Assembly: GCA_965223905.1 (NCBI GenBank)
Contig: CBDCXV010000011.1
Coordinates: forward strand, 672,001-736,000
Source: Candidatus Latescibacterota bacterium
GTDB lineage: Bacteria > Latescibacterota > UBA2968 > UBA8231
Reading direction: 5' to 3'
DNA: 64,000 nt
This document shows positions 50,832 through 61,214 of the stretch, piece after piece (the stretch's first letter is position 1; the number at the start of each line of letters is the position of its first letter). A program made the position numbers and the translations under genes. Under the pieces are notes generated by a model, which was given only the letters and a program-made list of their open reading frames with translations, ran no database searches and was not told the origin of the DNA.

Positions 50832-51677
50832 CTACCAATCCTTGACCTGGGCCCTGGCCTCCACCCGAAAGCGGCGGCGCTGGGCCTCCTGCTCGCTGTC
50901 GGCAAAGGCGTCGAGCAGCTGTTCGGCTTCAGAGGACTGCATCTGACCGGGAATCGGCTGTTCCCCTTCAGGCTGTCCGGAATCTTCGGGGGCTTCCCGG
51001 GGTTGCGAAGACTGCTCCGGCTCCTCGTCTTCTTCCCGGGGCCCGTCCTGCCGGGGCCCGTCCTGCCGAGGATCCTGTTCAGGGTCTCCGGAAGACTCGT
51101 CGGGTTCTCCCGAATCGGAGGGCTCGGATTCCTCCGGCTGTTCGCCCTGCTGCTGCTGTTGCTGCTCCTGCTGCTGCTGTTGTTGATGTTGCTCCTGCTG
51201 ACGTTGCATGCGCAGGGCGAGCTCGAGATTCGCCTTCCCCGCCTCCTCGTCGAATCCCCGAAGGATCGCCTCCTTGAACGCCTCCACCGCCTGGGGATAC
51301 GCCTCCTTCTGGTACAAGGTGTTGCCGAGGTTGTAGAAACTTCGGGCCGACAGGGGCGGCGAGGACGACGCCCCTTCGAAGGCGCGGCCAGCGGCCTCGA
51401 AGTCCCCTTGCTTGTACAACGCATCTCCAACGTTGAACAACAGCTCCGGGGAATCCGGGTCCTCTATCTGCGCCTGCCGGTACTGATCCGCCGCCTTTTC
51501 AAAACGGCCCTCGTTGTAGTGCTCGAGCGCCTCGGCGCTGCGCTCCGCGGCCTTGTCTCCCACAGTCGACGCGCCTGCGGGGGCCGGGATCGCCGCGGCC
51601 AGCGCCAGAACAAGGACCGCCCGGCCACCGCGGCGGGGCTCGACACGCCCCCCGGCTCGGAGATTGGGGCCCTTCAT
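50832..51677 (-). CDS. batC: BatC-like TPR protein with Gln/Glu-rich tail
   Basis: FNVGDALYK, YNLGNTLY, NLELAL, poly-Q, AEQLLDA...KDW. Confidence 0.85.
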   Translation of the reverse strand: MKGPNLRAGGRVEPRRGGRAVLVLALAAAIPAPAGASTVGDKAAERSAEALEHYNEGRFEKAADQYRQAQIEDPDSPELLFNVGDALYKQGDFEAAGRAFEGASSSPPLSARSFYNLGNTLYQKEAYPQAVEAFKEAILRGFDEEAGKANLELALRMQRQQEQHQQQQQQEQQQQQQGEQPEESEPSDSGEPDESSGDPEQDPRQDGPRQDGPREEDEEPEQSSQPREAPEDSGQPEGEQPIPGQMQSSEAEQLLDAFADSEQEAQRRRFRVEARAQVKDW

Positions 51678-52699
51678 TCGAAACGGCCCCTCCATTCCCG
51701 CCGCTGTTGCCTCCGGTCGCCCAGGAGCGACTCGAGAGCAAAGCAGGCGAGGGCGAGAGCAAGCGGGATCTGGTAGCGCTCCTCGTAGCGCGTGAACCTC
51801 CGGGACTCGAACTCCTTCTGATCCATGTTGGCGATCTCGCGGTATATCTCTTCGATCTCCGCCCCGCGCAAACTGCTGCGGTAGTACGCCCCCTCGCTGA
51901 GGGCCGCCACTTGGCGCAGCACCCCCTCGTCGAGCCGCGTCTTCACGGGATTACCTGCGCGGTCGCGGTGAAAGTCGACCCCACCCCCGTCCTGCCTGAT
52001 CGGTATCAGCTCACCGTCGGAGGTGCCCATGCCGATCGCGAATATGCGTACACCCTCTGCCGCGGCGTTGTCCGCGGCCGCTATCGGATCGGCGACGTGA
52101 TCCTCCCCGTCGGTGAACAGCACGATCGCCTTGTGCTGGCGGTCCCCTTCGTCGAAGCAGCCGCGCGCCAGCTCGATCGCCTCCCCTATCGCCGTTCCCT
52201 GGACCGGGATGCTGCCGGCGTCGACGACGGACAAGAGCAGCCCCAGGGCCCCGTAGTCGAGGGTCAGCGGACACTGGACGAACGCCTTGCCGGCAAACAC
52301 CACGAGGCCGACGCGATCCCCCTCCAGCCGGTCGAGCAGCTCCCCAATCTGGTAACGGGCCCGCTGCAGCCGGTTGGGGCCGATATCTTCGGCCAGCATG
52401 CTCCGGGAGACGTCGAGTGCGACGACGATGTCGACTCCCCTGCGCTTTGCCATTGTCAGCTCGGCTCCGAACTGCGGGCCGCCCAGGGCAAGTGAGAGAA
52501 AGGCAAAGCCGCTGACGGCGATGCAGTACTTCCAGTGCTGTCGAACCACGCTGACGCTGCGGGTCAATCTGCCGGCCACCTGCGGCGCTGCAAAGCGGGC
52601 AAGGGCGCGACGCTTGGCGGCTACGGCCCAAAACGCGAAAAGCACGAGCAGCGGCAGGGCCATCAGCAGCCAGAGATTGTCGGGGTGGGCGAAGCGCAT
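51674..52699 (-). CDS. batB: BatB vWA domain protein
   Basis: ALDVSRSMLAED..PNRL, GDRVGLVVFAG, CPLTLDY, TDGEDH. Confidence 0.9.
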   Translation of the reverse strand: MRFAHPDNLWLLMALPLLVLFAFWAVAAKRRALARFAAPQVAGRLTRSVSVVRQHWKYCIAVSGFAFLSLALGGPQFGAELTMAKRRGVDIVVALDVSRSMLAEDIGPNRLQRARYQIGELLDRLEGDRVGLVVFAGKAFVQCPLTLDYGALGLLLSVVDAGSIPVQGTAIGEAIELARGCFDEGDRQHKAIVLFTDGEDHVADPIAAADNAAAEGVRIFAIGMGTSDGELIPIRQDGGGVDFHRDRAGNPVKTRLDEGVLRQVAALSEGAYYRSSLRGAEIEEIYREIANMDQKEFESRRFTRYEERYQIPLALALACFALESLLGDRRQQRREWRGRFE

Positions 52700-52709
52700 C
52701 GGAGTAGGG

Positions 52710-53687
52710 TCAGGGGAGCCGGCGGAACCGGGTGTTGGCCAGGATGAACCCGAGCAGCAGCAGAGTTGATCCGGTCCAGAGGAAGCGTCCGTAGCGTTCG
52801 GAAAAGTCGAGATAGATGGCGCTCGTCACCGGGGTGGTTTCGAGCTCCCCTATCTCCTCGTACACCTGCTTCAGCTTTTCGCGGCTGGTGGCGTGGTAGT
52901 AGTGGCCCCCGGTAGACGTCGCGATCTTCTTGAGGATCTCCTCGTCGAATTCGGGCCCACGGCCCCGTCGCCCTGGCGCCTGGTTGCTCAGGCCGCCAAC
53001 GCCGATCGTGTACACGCGGATGCCGGTTGCCTCGGCGACCGCGGCCGCGGTCATGGGGTCGATCTCTCCTGCGTTGTTGACTCCGTCGGTCAGCAGGATG
53101 ACGACCTTGCTCTTGCCGTCGGCGTCGCGCAGCCGGTTGCAGGCATTGATCAGGGCGACGCCGATGGCGGTGCCGTCCCAGCTCCTCGAGGCGATCCCGA
53201 TATCTGCGAGGAACTCCAGGAGGACGTCGTAGTCGAGGGTCAGGGGACACTGGGTGAAGCTCACGCCGGCGAACACGACCATGCCGATGCGGTCGCTGTG
53301 CCTGCCGGCGATGAACTCCGACACCACATCCTTGGCGACCGCGAGCCGGTTGGCGTCACCGAGATCACGGGCTTCCATGCTTCCCGAGACATCGAGAACG
53401 AGCATGATGTCGATCCCTTCGGCGGTCACGTCGACGACTTCCTTGCCGGCCTGGGGGCGGGCCATCGCCAGGATCAGGCAGCCGAGCCCGGCCAGTCGCA
53501 GCACCACCAAGGCGTGGCGCAGGTGCACCAACATGCCGGGCTTCAGGCCCTCGAAAGACTCCAGACTGGAGAAGCGGATGCTGCCCCTGTCACCTCGCTC
53601 TTCGACCAGATAGCGGTACAGGAGCAGCGGCAGCAGCACCAGTGCCAACAGCCATACCCCGTTTTCGAAACGCAGATACTCCTCCAC
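52710..53687 (-). CDS. batA: BatA vWA domain protein
   Basis: AMARPQ, EGIDIMLVLDVSGSMEARD, KSKVVILLTDGVNNAG. Confidence 0.9.
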   Translation of the reverse strand: MEEYLRFENGVWLLALVLLPLLLYRYLVEERGDRGSIRFSSLESFEGLKPGMLVHLRHALVVLRLAGLGCLILAMARPQAGKEVVDVTAEGIDIMLVLDVSGSMEARDLGDANRLAVAKDVVSEFIAGRHSDRIGMVVFAGVSFTQCPLTLDYDVLLEFLADIGIASRSWDGTAIGVALINACNRLRDADGKSKVVILLTDGVNNAGEIDPMTAAAVAEATGIRVYTIGVGGLSNQAPGRRGRGPEFDEEILKKIATSTGGHYYHATSREKLKQVYEEIGELETTPVTSAIYLDFSERYGRFLWTGSTLLLLGFILANTRFRRLP

Positions 53688-53691
53688 TCGG

Positions 53692-54762
53692 CTATCCCAC
53701 GCCCGGTTCGGAAGAGCCTCCGCTGTTTCCGATGGCACCTCCGGTCTCCGCTTCCCTCACCCCTTCCGCGGCCGCGGCCTGCGCCGTAGCGGCTCTCGCC
53801 TGTTTTCGCAGCCAGTCCTCCAGACCCTGGACGATCTCGATCCCCCTTTCCGGTCCCGCTTCCGCGTCGCCGGTTTCCGGGACGTGACGGGCGAACTTGA
53901 CGAGATCGGCATCCCTGAGAAAGAGGGCGACCCGGCGTTCGATCTCTCCGGGAAAACCGGGGATGCGGGCGAGTGCCCCTTCGATCTCCGCAGTCGTCCG
54001 TTCGAGCGCCTCCACCCCTGCCTTGTCTTCGAAAAACCTCCGCAGCGTTTCCGACAGCAAGGTGTAGTGCGTTTTGTAGGCGCGGCGCGCAACCAGCCCC
54101 ATGCCGGCGATCTTCCTGAATTCGGCGATGTAGTTGACAGTCGGAGGAGGCGGTTGAACCGCGTCACCGCGATGCCGGCGATCGAGGAAGAACACCTTCA
54201 GGGCCCAGGCCGCGCCCACCGCGGCCAAGGTGGCGAGCAGGGCGGCGACCCAGACCGGAATCCCGCCGGAGATCACCAGAGGGGGAACGATGTCCCGCAG
54301 TTCGTCATCTTCCGGGTCGCGGACCGGCACGATTTCTACAGCCAGCGGGGCGGTGCTGCGGAACAGGGTGTCCTTCCCCGCGGCGGCGAATCGGACCGGG
54401 ATAGGGGGGATCGTCAGCTCACCGAGGTCGAACGCCCGCACCTTGTAGGTGGCGACCGCTTCGGTCTCCTGTTCCGAGACGGAACGGCGCTCGACTTTGG
54501 GCGAGGCGGAATCGACCTCCAGCTCTCGCGGAAAGACCTCTTCCATCTCGGGAAACGACGGCGAGTACCCGGCCGGGTATCGCAGCCTCAGGGTCAAGGT
54601 CAGGGGCGCCCCGATGTTGGCGGCCGCCGTATCGAACTCGGCGGCGACATCGAATGCCCCGGCTGGGATCGCGGGTCGCTGGGCGAAGGCGTGGACGCCG
54701 GCTACGAGGAGGGTGGCGAACCCGCTTGCCCAGAGCCGGAGCGGACCGCGGTGCCGCAACAT
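53692..54762 (-). CDS. Bat-operon conserved membrane protein
   Basis: Signal peptide, Ig-like region, ELRDIVPP + TM helix, ALERTTAE, ADLVKFA. Confidence 0.75.
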   Translation of the reverse strand: MLRHRGPLRLWASGFATLLVAGVHAFAQRPAIPAGAFDVAAEFDTAAANIGAPLTLTLRLRYPAGYSPSFPEMEEVFPRELEVDSASPKVERRSVSEQETEAVATYKVRAFDLGELTIPPIPVRFAAAGKDTLFRSTAPLAVEIVPVRDPEDDELRDIVPPLVISGGIPVWVAALLATLAAVGAAWALKVFFLDRRHRGDAVQPPPPTVNYIAEFRKIAGMGLVARRAYKTHYTLLSETLRRFFEDKAGVEALERTTAEIEGALARIPGFPGEIERRVALFLRDADLVKFARHVPETGDAEAGPERGIEIVQGLEDWLRKQARAATAQAAAAEGVREAETGGAIGNSGGSSEPGVG

Positions 54763-54773
54763 CCTCCCGTCCT

Positions 54774-56195
54774 CTATTCGGCAGTGGTGTCGTCCGCTGC
54801 GCCCGTGGCGGGCGCTTTAGACACGTCGTCGAGGCCGAGCTTCAGGTCCTCGAGGGCATCGGTGCCGATCCGGAACACCGAGGCCACGCCCGTGCGCATG
54901 AGATAGGCGGTTCCGTCGACCTCGCCGATCCTGATTTCCACCCTCTCTTCGAGGTCGTCGGTGAGCTGAATGCGCACGGCGGGAACCTCGAGGCCGTACG
55001 GAGCGAGGTCGATAGCGGCTTCCTCCGCGGCATCGGAGGTGAAGGCCTCGACCTCGATGCCGTCAATGTCGCTCAACAGGCTGTTGAGTTTCCACGACTT
55101 GGCCTCGCGATCCTCCGGTGCCGAGATGTGCCAGCCCCCGGTCGTGTCGCGCTCGGCAGTGAACGCGGCCTCGCCCCCCTGCCAGAGCTCGATCTTCCCG
55201 ATCGCGTCGCGGTCGTCCACAGCTACCGGCTGCTTGTCCCGCAGGTCGAATGCGCTCTTGCCGGCAGCGTTGACGAGGGTGGAATCGACCAGGAAAATCG
55301 GCGCTCGACTGGGGTCGAGGGCGTAGTGCAGTCCGTCTTCCGCTTCCAATCCGATGACGAGCCGCTTCTCGGCCCGCTCCTCACCCAGCAGAAGGGAGAC
55401 CTCGAGTATCGGCTCGGCAAGGCCGCGATTCGCTTTCTCCTCCTCTCCCGGGGTTTCGCTCACGAAGGCCTCTGCCTCGGAGTTCGAAATCTCCTGCAGC
55501 AACTCCTCCACCGCGGACTCGTCCGCGGGCCGGTCGACCGGCATCAGCCGCCAGCTCCCGTCGTCCCGGACGATGGCGAGCTCTTCTTCGATCGCGAAGC
55601 CGGTCAGGCCGATCTCGCGCACATCGTCACTGTCGAAAGCCAGGACTCTCCGATCTCTCAGGTCGAAAACCCCCTTGTCGAGGTTGTCGAAGCGCCAGGC
55701 GCGCACGGTGAATATCTCGGGGTTCTCACCGCTGCGACGCGCGTACGCGTAGCGTTCGGTCGGACTGTCCTCCCCGAGGAGGACAGTGTCGAGAACCGTC
55801 TCTGCCAGCTCGATCAGAACCCGCAGCCTCGGCCTCCCAAGGCCGTACTTTGCTGCCAGCTCGGCGTTGCCTGCCGCCGCTACGCTGTCCTCGACGACAC
55901 GCTCGATCTCGGTTTCGCGCAGGTTGCGCAGATACCTCTCGATCGCCTTCTGGTCGGCGTCGGCCGCTACCGGCCCCTGCAAGCGCCAGCCGTCCGGCGT
56001 CTTGGCCACCGAGATGGCGGTATCGGCGCGCTCGATTAGGATCCGCGTCGCTTCGTGGTCGCTGAAGTCGAGAAGCTGCCTGGCCTTTTTGGCCGCTTCT
56101 TCGCGCTCCTCCCCACCCTTTATCTCGTAGAAATAGACGAATGCCAGCAGGGCCGCGAAAACGGCGCTGATGACGAGGTTGGTTTTGAACCGCAT
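54774..56195 (-). CDS. DUF4340 domain protein
   Basis: N-terminal TM; repeated W.L..P....AD / YGL..P / LRD units; follows GldG. Confidence 0.85.
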   Translation of the reverse strand: MRFKTNLVISAVFAALLAFVYFYEIKGGEEREEAAKKARQLLDFSDHEATRILIERADTAISVAKTPDGWRLQGPVAADADQKAIERYLRNLRETEIERVVEDSVAAAGNAELAAKYGLGRPRLRVLIELAETVLDTVLLGEDSPTERYAYARRSGENPEIFTVRAWRFDNLDKGVFDLRDRRVLAFDSDDVREIGLTGFAIEEELAIVRDDGSWRLMPVDRPADESAVEELLQEISNSEAEAFVSETPGEEEKANRGLAEPILEVSLLLGEERAEKRLVIGLEAEDGLHYALDPSRAPIFLVDSTLVNAAGKSAFDLRDKQPVAVDDRDAIGKIELWQGGEAAFTAERDTTGGWHISAPEDREAKSWKLNSLLSDIDGIEVEAFTSDAAEEAAIDLAPYGLEVPAVRIQLTDDLEERVEIRIGEVDGTAYLMRTGVASVFRIGTDALEDLKLGLDDVSKAPATGAADDTTAE

Positions 56196-56198
56196 CTC

Positions 56199-59100
56199 CT
56201 ACTTCTCCGTCCCGGTATTCGGAGTGAAGTCGCTCTTTATCCAGACGAGGATACAGGCATTGGCAATCCACCACCCGGCGGATACCAGCTGCAGGGTCTC
56301 GTTGGGAATCGCCGCGAACCCGACGCCGACGACGATCGCGCTCAGGGTCAGGGCCGCGGGCCATGACCAGGGTTCCTTGCGGTGAAGGCCGTAACCAGTC
56401 ATCGCCAGTCCGACCAACAGGATGAAGTAGCCGAGCCCGGCGAGGATGTCCCCGTCCGCAATCGCCACAGTTGCCAAGGCGAAAAGGCCGACTGTCGCCG
56501 AGAAGTGCGAGTACATCAGCCAACGGACAAACCCGGACGAGTAGGCCTGGTAGCCGCGGCGCAGCATGATGACGAATCCGGACAGGGCAACCGCGAAAGG
56601 CAGCACGAACACGGAGACCCACAGCACCACGTCTCCCTGGTTGCCGACGAGGTTGATGGGGTTGGAACCGGGACGCTTGAGCGGGATCGTGAGACGATCC
56701 TCGCTTTCGGTCACCCATTTCAGGGCGCCTATCAACAGCTCGCCGTTGGCCTGCTGGCCGAAGTGCTGGTTGCGGGCGAAATCGGAGTCGCCGAAGACCA
56801 CGAGACGGGTCTTGTCCCCACTGGCGGCGCTGTCCGGGTCGGCCTTGACGGCGACCGCCAGCGACAGCGGCCCCTGGCGGTCGCTCTCCGGATCGAACTC
56901 GACCTGCCCTCCCTCTCCGGCCAGCGGCGACAGGTCGGTCTCCGCCCAGCTGCTGCGGTGGGTGTAGGCCAACGCCGTGATCTCGGATCCGGCGGGATCC
57001 TGCGCCGGGGAAACCGAGCGCGCAAACGGGAAGAAGCTCATCGTGCCGGAGCCGATCTTCCCGGTCACCGGGTGGTTGCCGTACTGGAGCACGACGGGAA
57101 CGGAAACATCGGCGCCGAGAAGCTGCCCGATACCGCTCAGGTCGACGACGAAGTCGTTCCCGAGGTCGATACCGTACCCCTCCAGCACCGATTCGAGCCC
57201 GGTGTCGACACCCGGGTCGGCGAGGAGGACGGCGTCCTTGCCCCTGCGGAGAAGGGCTTCGAAGGTCACCGCCTCGGTGCTCGACAACGGCTCCTTCGGG
57301 CCGAGGAGGACCAGCGTCTGCGCAGCAATCGGGGCGCCGTCCAGCCTTACGCCCTCGTCGATCTGCAGATTGAGCTCCTTCAGGCGCCCGTTGAGAATGC
57401 TGAACCCCTCGCCGTCCACTTCCGTCAGCATTCCCTCGCCATGCCCGCCGACGAATGCGATGCGGCGCTCGCGTGCCTCGAGGGCGCTCTTGATCGCGTT
57501 GCTCAGCGCCTCTTCGGTCTGTTCCTCGATGCGTTCGCCGTGCACCTTGCCGTCCCCGGACACCTCGACGAGGGAGGTTCCGCGGGTGGTTACCCCGTGC
57601 TGTTTCCACTCAAGGGAGCGCTGCTGCGGATCGACAATCTCGTAGTCGAAATTCCGCGTCTCGTATTTGTACTCATCCATCAATTCCCGGAAGCGCATCG
57701 ACTCCATCTCGGAGGTAAATGCCTTGACGGAAATGAAGCGGTCCTGCCGTTCGGCCCGCTCCAGAAGGTCCCGCGTCTTCGGCGACAGCGTGAACAGCCC
57801 GTCCGCGGTCACGTCGAGGCGGCTGTGATAGCGGTCGCCGATGACGTTCACCAGGGTGACGATACCGAGGGAGAGCGCCAGCCCGAGTCCCGCGGCCAGG
57901 AGATCGGGAACACTCCAGCGGCCCTTGCTCGAAACGACGAAGAAGCCGGCGAGCGCCACCGCCAGCGGATAGAGGATGACCCCGATCCAGAAAATCCATT
58001 CCGCCTGGCTGTCGGTCAGCGCGATCGGGTTGAAACCGGCCTCGCGCGGCCGGATGGAGATCAGACCCTCGTCCGCGGCCAGCCAGCTGATCGCGTTGAG
58101 GACGAGATCGCCGTTTCCCTGCAGATCGAAATAGCGGTTGCTGGCAAAGTCGGAATCGCCGAAGAGGACGAGCCTTCCGCCGTCCTCCCTCATGGCAGCG
58201 ACTCCGAGGGCTACGGGCCCGGTCCGGTCGACGCCCTCGTCGAGCGACACGGTGCGTTTCCCCTGCCCGGGCTGGAGGGCGCTGAGGTCCCGTTCAGCCC
58301 AACTCTGGCTGCTCGTCATGACCAGCTCCGCACCCTCGACTGCCTCGGTTTCGACGAAGCGGACCGAGCGCGCAAGTTCGAAGAATGTCATGATTCCCGA
58401 GCGGTGCTTGCGGACCAGCGGATGCTCCTGGTCGTAGCTGACGGCGACGGGAATGGTGAAATCAAGACCGAACAGGCTTCCGATTCCGCTCGTGTCGATG
58501 ACGAAGTCGTCGCCCAGCTCGGCCCCCCACGAAGAGAACAGCTCTTTCAGTCCGCTCTCGTGCGCGGGATCCAGGAGGGCGATGACCGCGCCTCCGGCGT
58601 CGAGGTAGCGGGCGATGGCGTCCGCCTCGGTGCTGAAAAAGGGAGACTGCGGCCCGGCGATGATCAGCACCGCGCAGTCGTCCGGGACCTCCCCTTCCCT
58701 GGCGAGGAAAAGGGAGTCCTCGAGCACGTAGTCGATCTCCTGCAGGCGGTCGCGAAGTCTGCTGAGTCCCTGGTCGGTCTGGGCAACCCCCTTCTCGCCA
58801 TGGCCGACGGTGAGATAGACGAAGGACTGGCGGTCGCGGGTCACCTTGAGCATCGCGTTGGTGATCTCCTTCTCGGTCAGCTCGGTTACCCTCTGCTGCT
58901 TTTCGCCCGACTCCACCACGACGGTGTTGTAGCGGCGAATGCCGTAGTCGCTCGTTCTCTGCGGATCGCGGTCGGGATCGACGAGCTCGAAATCGAAGGA
59001 GCCGCTGTACGTCGAGTACTGCTTCAGCAGGCCCTCGAGCTTCTCGTCTTCCCCCTTTTCCATGAAGGCGAGGACACGCACGTCGCGGTCGAGCCCCTGC

Positions 59101-59420
59101 AGCGACTCCACCGTGAGTGGGGAGAGGCTGTGAAGCTTGCCCGCGGTGAGATCGTACCGCTGCGGGTGGGAATTGGTGACGAAGTTGACCATGACGACGA
59201 TCAACAGGACCAGGATGCTTCCCCACAGAGCGTTGAGCCAGCTCGAGTACTGCTTGAAAAGGGCGGGGTTGATCGCGGCGCAAACCGCGATCAACAGCAC
59301 CCCGGCGCCGAGGCAGGCCAGCTGGGCGCCCGTTTCCTCCGTGTCGAGGGCCAGCGCCAGCCCCCCCATGAGGGCGAGAGCCGCTCCGGCCAGGCTGATA
59401 TGAGTGGTGTACGCTTTCAT
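56199..59420 (-). CDS. GldG-like ABC auxiliary protein with tandem-duplicated module
   Basis: Two copies of RxDxTxxxxxxLS...GHGE...RLVxFGDSDFA; 1073 aa. Confidence 0.88.
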   Translation of the reverse strand: MKAYTTHISLAGAALALMGGLALALDTEETGAQLACLGAGVLLIAVCAAINPALFKQYSSWLNALWGSILVLLIVVMVNFVTNSHPQRYDLTAGKLHSLSPLTVESLQGLDRDVRVLAFMEKGEDEKLEGLLKQYSTYSGSFDFELVDPDRDPQRTSDYGIRRYNTVVVESGEKQQRVTELTEKEITNAMLKVTRDRQSFVYLTVGHGEKGVAQTDQGLSRLRDRLQEIDYVLEDSLFLAREGEVPDDCAVLIIAGPQSPFFSTEADAIARYLDAGGAVIALLDPAHESGLKELFSSWGAELGDDFVIDTSGIGSLFGLDFTIPVAVSYDQEHPLVRKHRSGIMTFFELARSVRFVETEAVEGAELVMTSSQSWAERDLSALQPGQGKRTVSLDEGVDRTGPVALGVAAMREDGGRLVLFGDSDFASNRYFDLQGNGDLVLNAISWLAADEGLISIRPREAGFNPIALTDSQAEWIFWIGVILYPLAVALAGFFVVSSKGRWSVPDLLAAGLGLALSLGIVTLVNVIGDRYHSRLDVTADGLFTLSPKTRDLLERAERQDRFISVKAFTSEMESMRFRELMDEYKYETRNFDYEIVDPQQRSLEWKQHGVTTRGTSLVEVSGDGKVHGERIEEQTEEALSNAIKSALEARERRIAFVGGHGEGMLTEVDGEGFSILNGRLKELNLQIDEGVRLDGAPIAAQTLVLLGPKEPLSSTEAVTFEALLRRGKDAVLLADPGVDTGLESVLEGYGIDLGNDFVVDLSGIGQLLGADVSVPVVLQYGNHPVTGKIGSGTMSFFPFARSVSPAQDPAGSEITALAYTHRSSWAETDLSPLAGEGGQVEFDPESDRQGPLSLAVAVKADPDSAASGDKTRLVVFGDSDFARNQHFGQQANGELLIGALKWVTESEDRLTIPLKRPGSNPINLVGNQGDVVLWVSVFVLPFAVALSGFVIMLRRGYQAYSSGFVRWLMYSHFSATVGLFALATVAIADGDILAGLGYFILLVGLAMTGYGLHRKEPWSWPAALTLSAIVVGVGFAAIPNETLQLVSAGWWIANACILVWIKSDFTPNTGTEK

Positions 59421-59441
59421 CGCGCCTCGATAGCCGCCCCC

Positions 59442-60233
59442 CTACCGCCGCCAGCGCCTCGACTCGATGACGCGGCCGGTGGCGAACAGGGTGAAGAAAA
59501 CGAAGCTCAGGTAGAAGACGACGTCCTTGGTGTCGATGACACCGCGCTGGAAGTCCTGCAGGTGCTGGATGATCGACAGGTACTGCAGCACCTTGGCCAG
59601 CGTCGGACCGGCGAAGCTCGCCGACCAGTCGATCAGCCACAGCAGCAGGAGAGCGCCGAAGGCGAGCAGCACGGCGACGATCTGGTTTTCGGTGACCGCG
59701 GATGCCAGGATGCCGACGCCGATGAAGGTGGCCCCGAGCAGCAGGTATCCCAGGTAGGCCGACCAGATCGGTCCCCAGTCCGGTTCGCCGTACACCTCGA
59801 GGATGCCGCAGTACACAAGGGTCAAGGCGACGATGGAGGTGTAGAGCGTGAAGCAGGCGAAGAACTTGCCGAGCAGGATCTGCGTCGTCGAGATCGGCGA
59901 CGTCATCAGCAGCTCGATCGTTCCCGTCTTCTTCTCCTCGGCGAACAGCCGCATCGTCAACATCGGCACCACGAGCAGCCAGATAAAGTCCATGACCGCG
60001 AAGAACTGGGTCACCACCATCTCGTTGAGGTTGAGCGGCGGCATTCCGCTGGCGTCCATGTACTGCGCCCGCTGGCTGTACTGCAGGCACCACCAGTTGA
60101 ACTGCATCAGGATGTTGCGGAACAGGTAGCCGGACAGGAACAGGAACACTCCGGCGATAACGTAGGCTACCGGGGATACGAAATACGATCGCATCTCTTT
60201 GGAGTATACGGCGAGCAGGTTGCGCATCTTCAA
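59442..60233 (-). CDS. ABC transporter permease (GldF-like)
   Basis: KEMRSYFVSPVAY, LTMRLFAEEKKTGTIELL, ENQIVA. Confidence 0.9.
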   Translation of the reverse strand: MKMRNLLAVYSKEMRSYFVSPVAYVIAGVFLFLSGYLFRNILMQFNWWCLQYSQRAQYMDASGMPPLNLNEMVVTQFFAVMDFIWLLVVPMLTMRLFAEEKKTGTIELLMTSPISTTQILLGKFFACFTLYTSIVALTLVYCGILEVYGEPDWGPIWSAYLGYLLLGATFIGVGILASAVTENQIVAVLLAFGALLLLWLIDWSASFAGPTLAKVLQYLSIIQHLQDFQRGVIDTKDVVFYLSFVFFTLFATGRVIESRRWRR

Positions 60234-61177
60234 GCCTCCTCCTCGGTGGTCAAACGCAGGAAAATATCCTCGAGGGTCATCTCGAGGCCGCGCAGCTCGC
60301 GCAGTCCGTAGCCTCCGTCGACGAGCCGCCTGGCGACCTCGTCCCTGATCTCCCGTCCCGGAGTCGCGGTGACGATGAAAACGGAGTCGGTGCCGCCGGG
60401 GCTGCCGGCCGTGTCCTCGCGCACCTCGATTACGCCCTCCAGGCCCTCTATGGCCGAGCGGATCTCATCCGCGGGCCCTGCAACCTGGGCGCGCAGCATC
60501 TCCCCTTCCTTCAACTCGGCGATCAGGCTTTCCGGGGTGCCCTCGCCGACTATGCGGCCGGCGTTGATGATCACCACCTTCTCGCAGGTCATGCTGACCT
60601 CGGGCAGGATGTGGGTGCTGAGGATGATGGTGTGATCTCCCCCCAATCCCCTGATCGTCTCGCGGATCTCGATGATCTGCTTCGGGTCGAGTCCGACAGT
60701 AGGTTCGTCGAGAATGAGTACGCTCGGGTTGTGCACCAGCGCCTGGGCGAGCCCGACCCTCTGCCGGTAACCTTTGGACAGGTGGCCGATCACCTGGTGG
60801 CGGACGTGGGCGATACCCGTCCGCTCCATGGTCTCGTCCATTCGAGCGCTGATCTCGGAGCCGGGAACCCCCTTTATCCTGGCGACGAAGCCCAGGTAGG
60901 AATCGACCGTCATGTCGCTGTAGAGGGGCGGCAGCTCGGGGAGGTAGCCGATGCGTTTGCGGACCTCGAGTGATTCTTCGACCACGTCGTGGCCGTCGAC
61001 CGATGCGCTGCCGCTCGATGGCGGCAGGTAGCAGGTCAATACCCGCATCGTAGTCGTCTTTCCCGCTCCATTGGGGCCGAGAAAGCCGAGAATCTGTCCC
61101 TTGTCGGCCCTGAACGACACGCCGTCGATGGCCGGCACGTCGCCGTAGTACTTCGACAAGTCGTTGACTTCTATCAC
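60230..61177 (-). CDS. ABC transporter ATP-binding protein (GldA-like)
   Basis: GPNGAGKTT, LSKGYRQRVGLAQAL, LILDEPT. Confidence 0.93.
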   Translation of the reverse strand: MIEVNDLSKYYGDVPAIDGVSFRADKGQILGFLGPNGAGKTTTMRVLTCYLPPSSGSASVDGHDVVEESLEVRKRIGYLPELPPLYSDMTVDSYLGFVARIKGVPGSEISARMDETMERTGIAHVRHQVIGHLSKGYRQRVGLAQALVHNPSVLILDEPTVGLDPKQIIEIRETIRGLGGDHTIILSTHILPEVSMTCEKVVIINAGRIVGEGTPESLIAELKEGEMLRAQVAGPADEIRSAIEGLEGVIEVREDTAGSPGGTDSVFIVTATPGREIRDEVARRLVDGGYGLRELRGLEMTLEDIFLRLTTEEEA

Positions 61178-61214
61178 CCTTTTGCTCCTCCTGTTCTTGC
61201 TCGCAGCAGGTTTG

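Noticed and set aside
51145-51200. CAG-rich microsatellite as a contingency locus
   Set aside because: Encodes the Gln-rich linker typical of BatC
56382-60311. 1309-aa plus-strand ORF and other long antisense ORFs (47112, 37862, 48983, 29829)
   Set aside because: Shadow frames opposite well-supported genes in high-GC DNA
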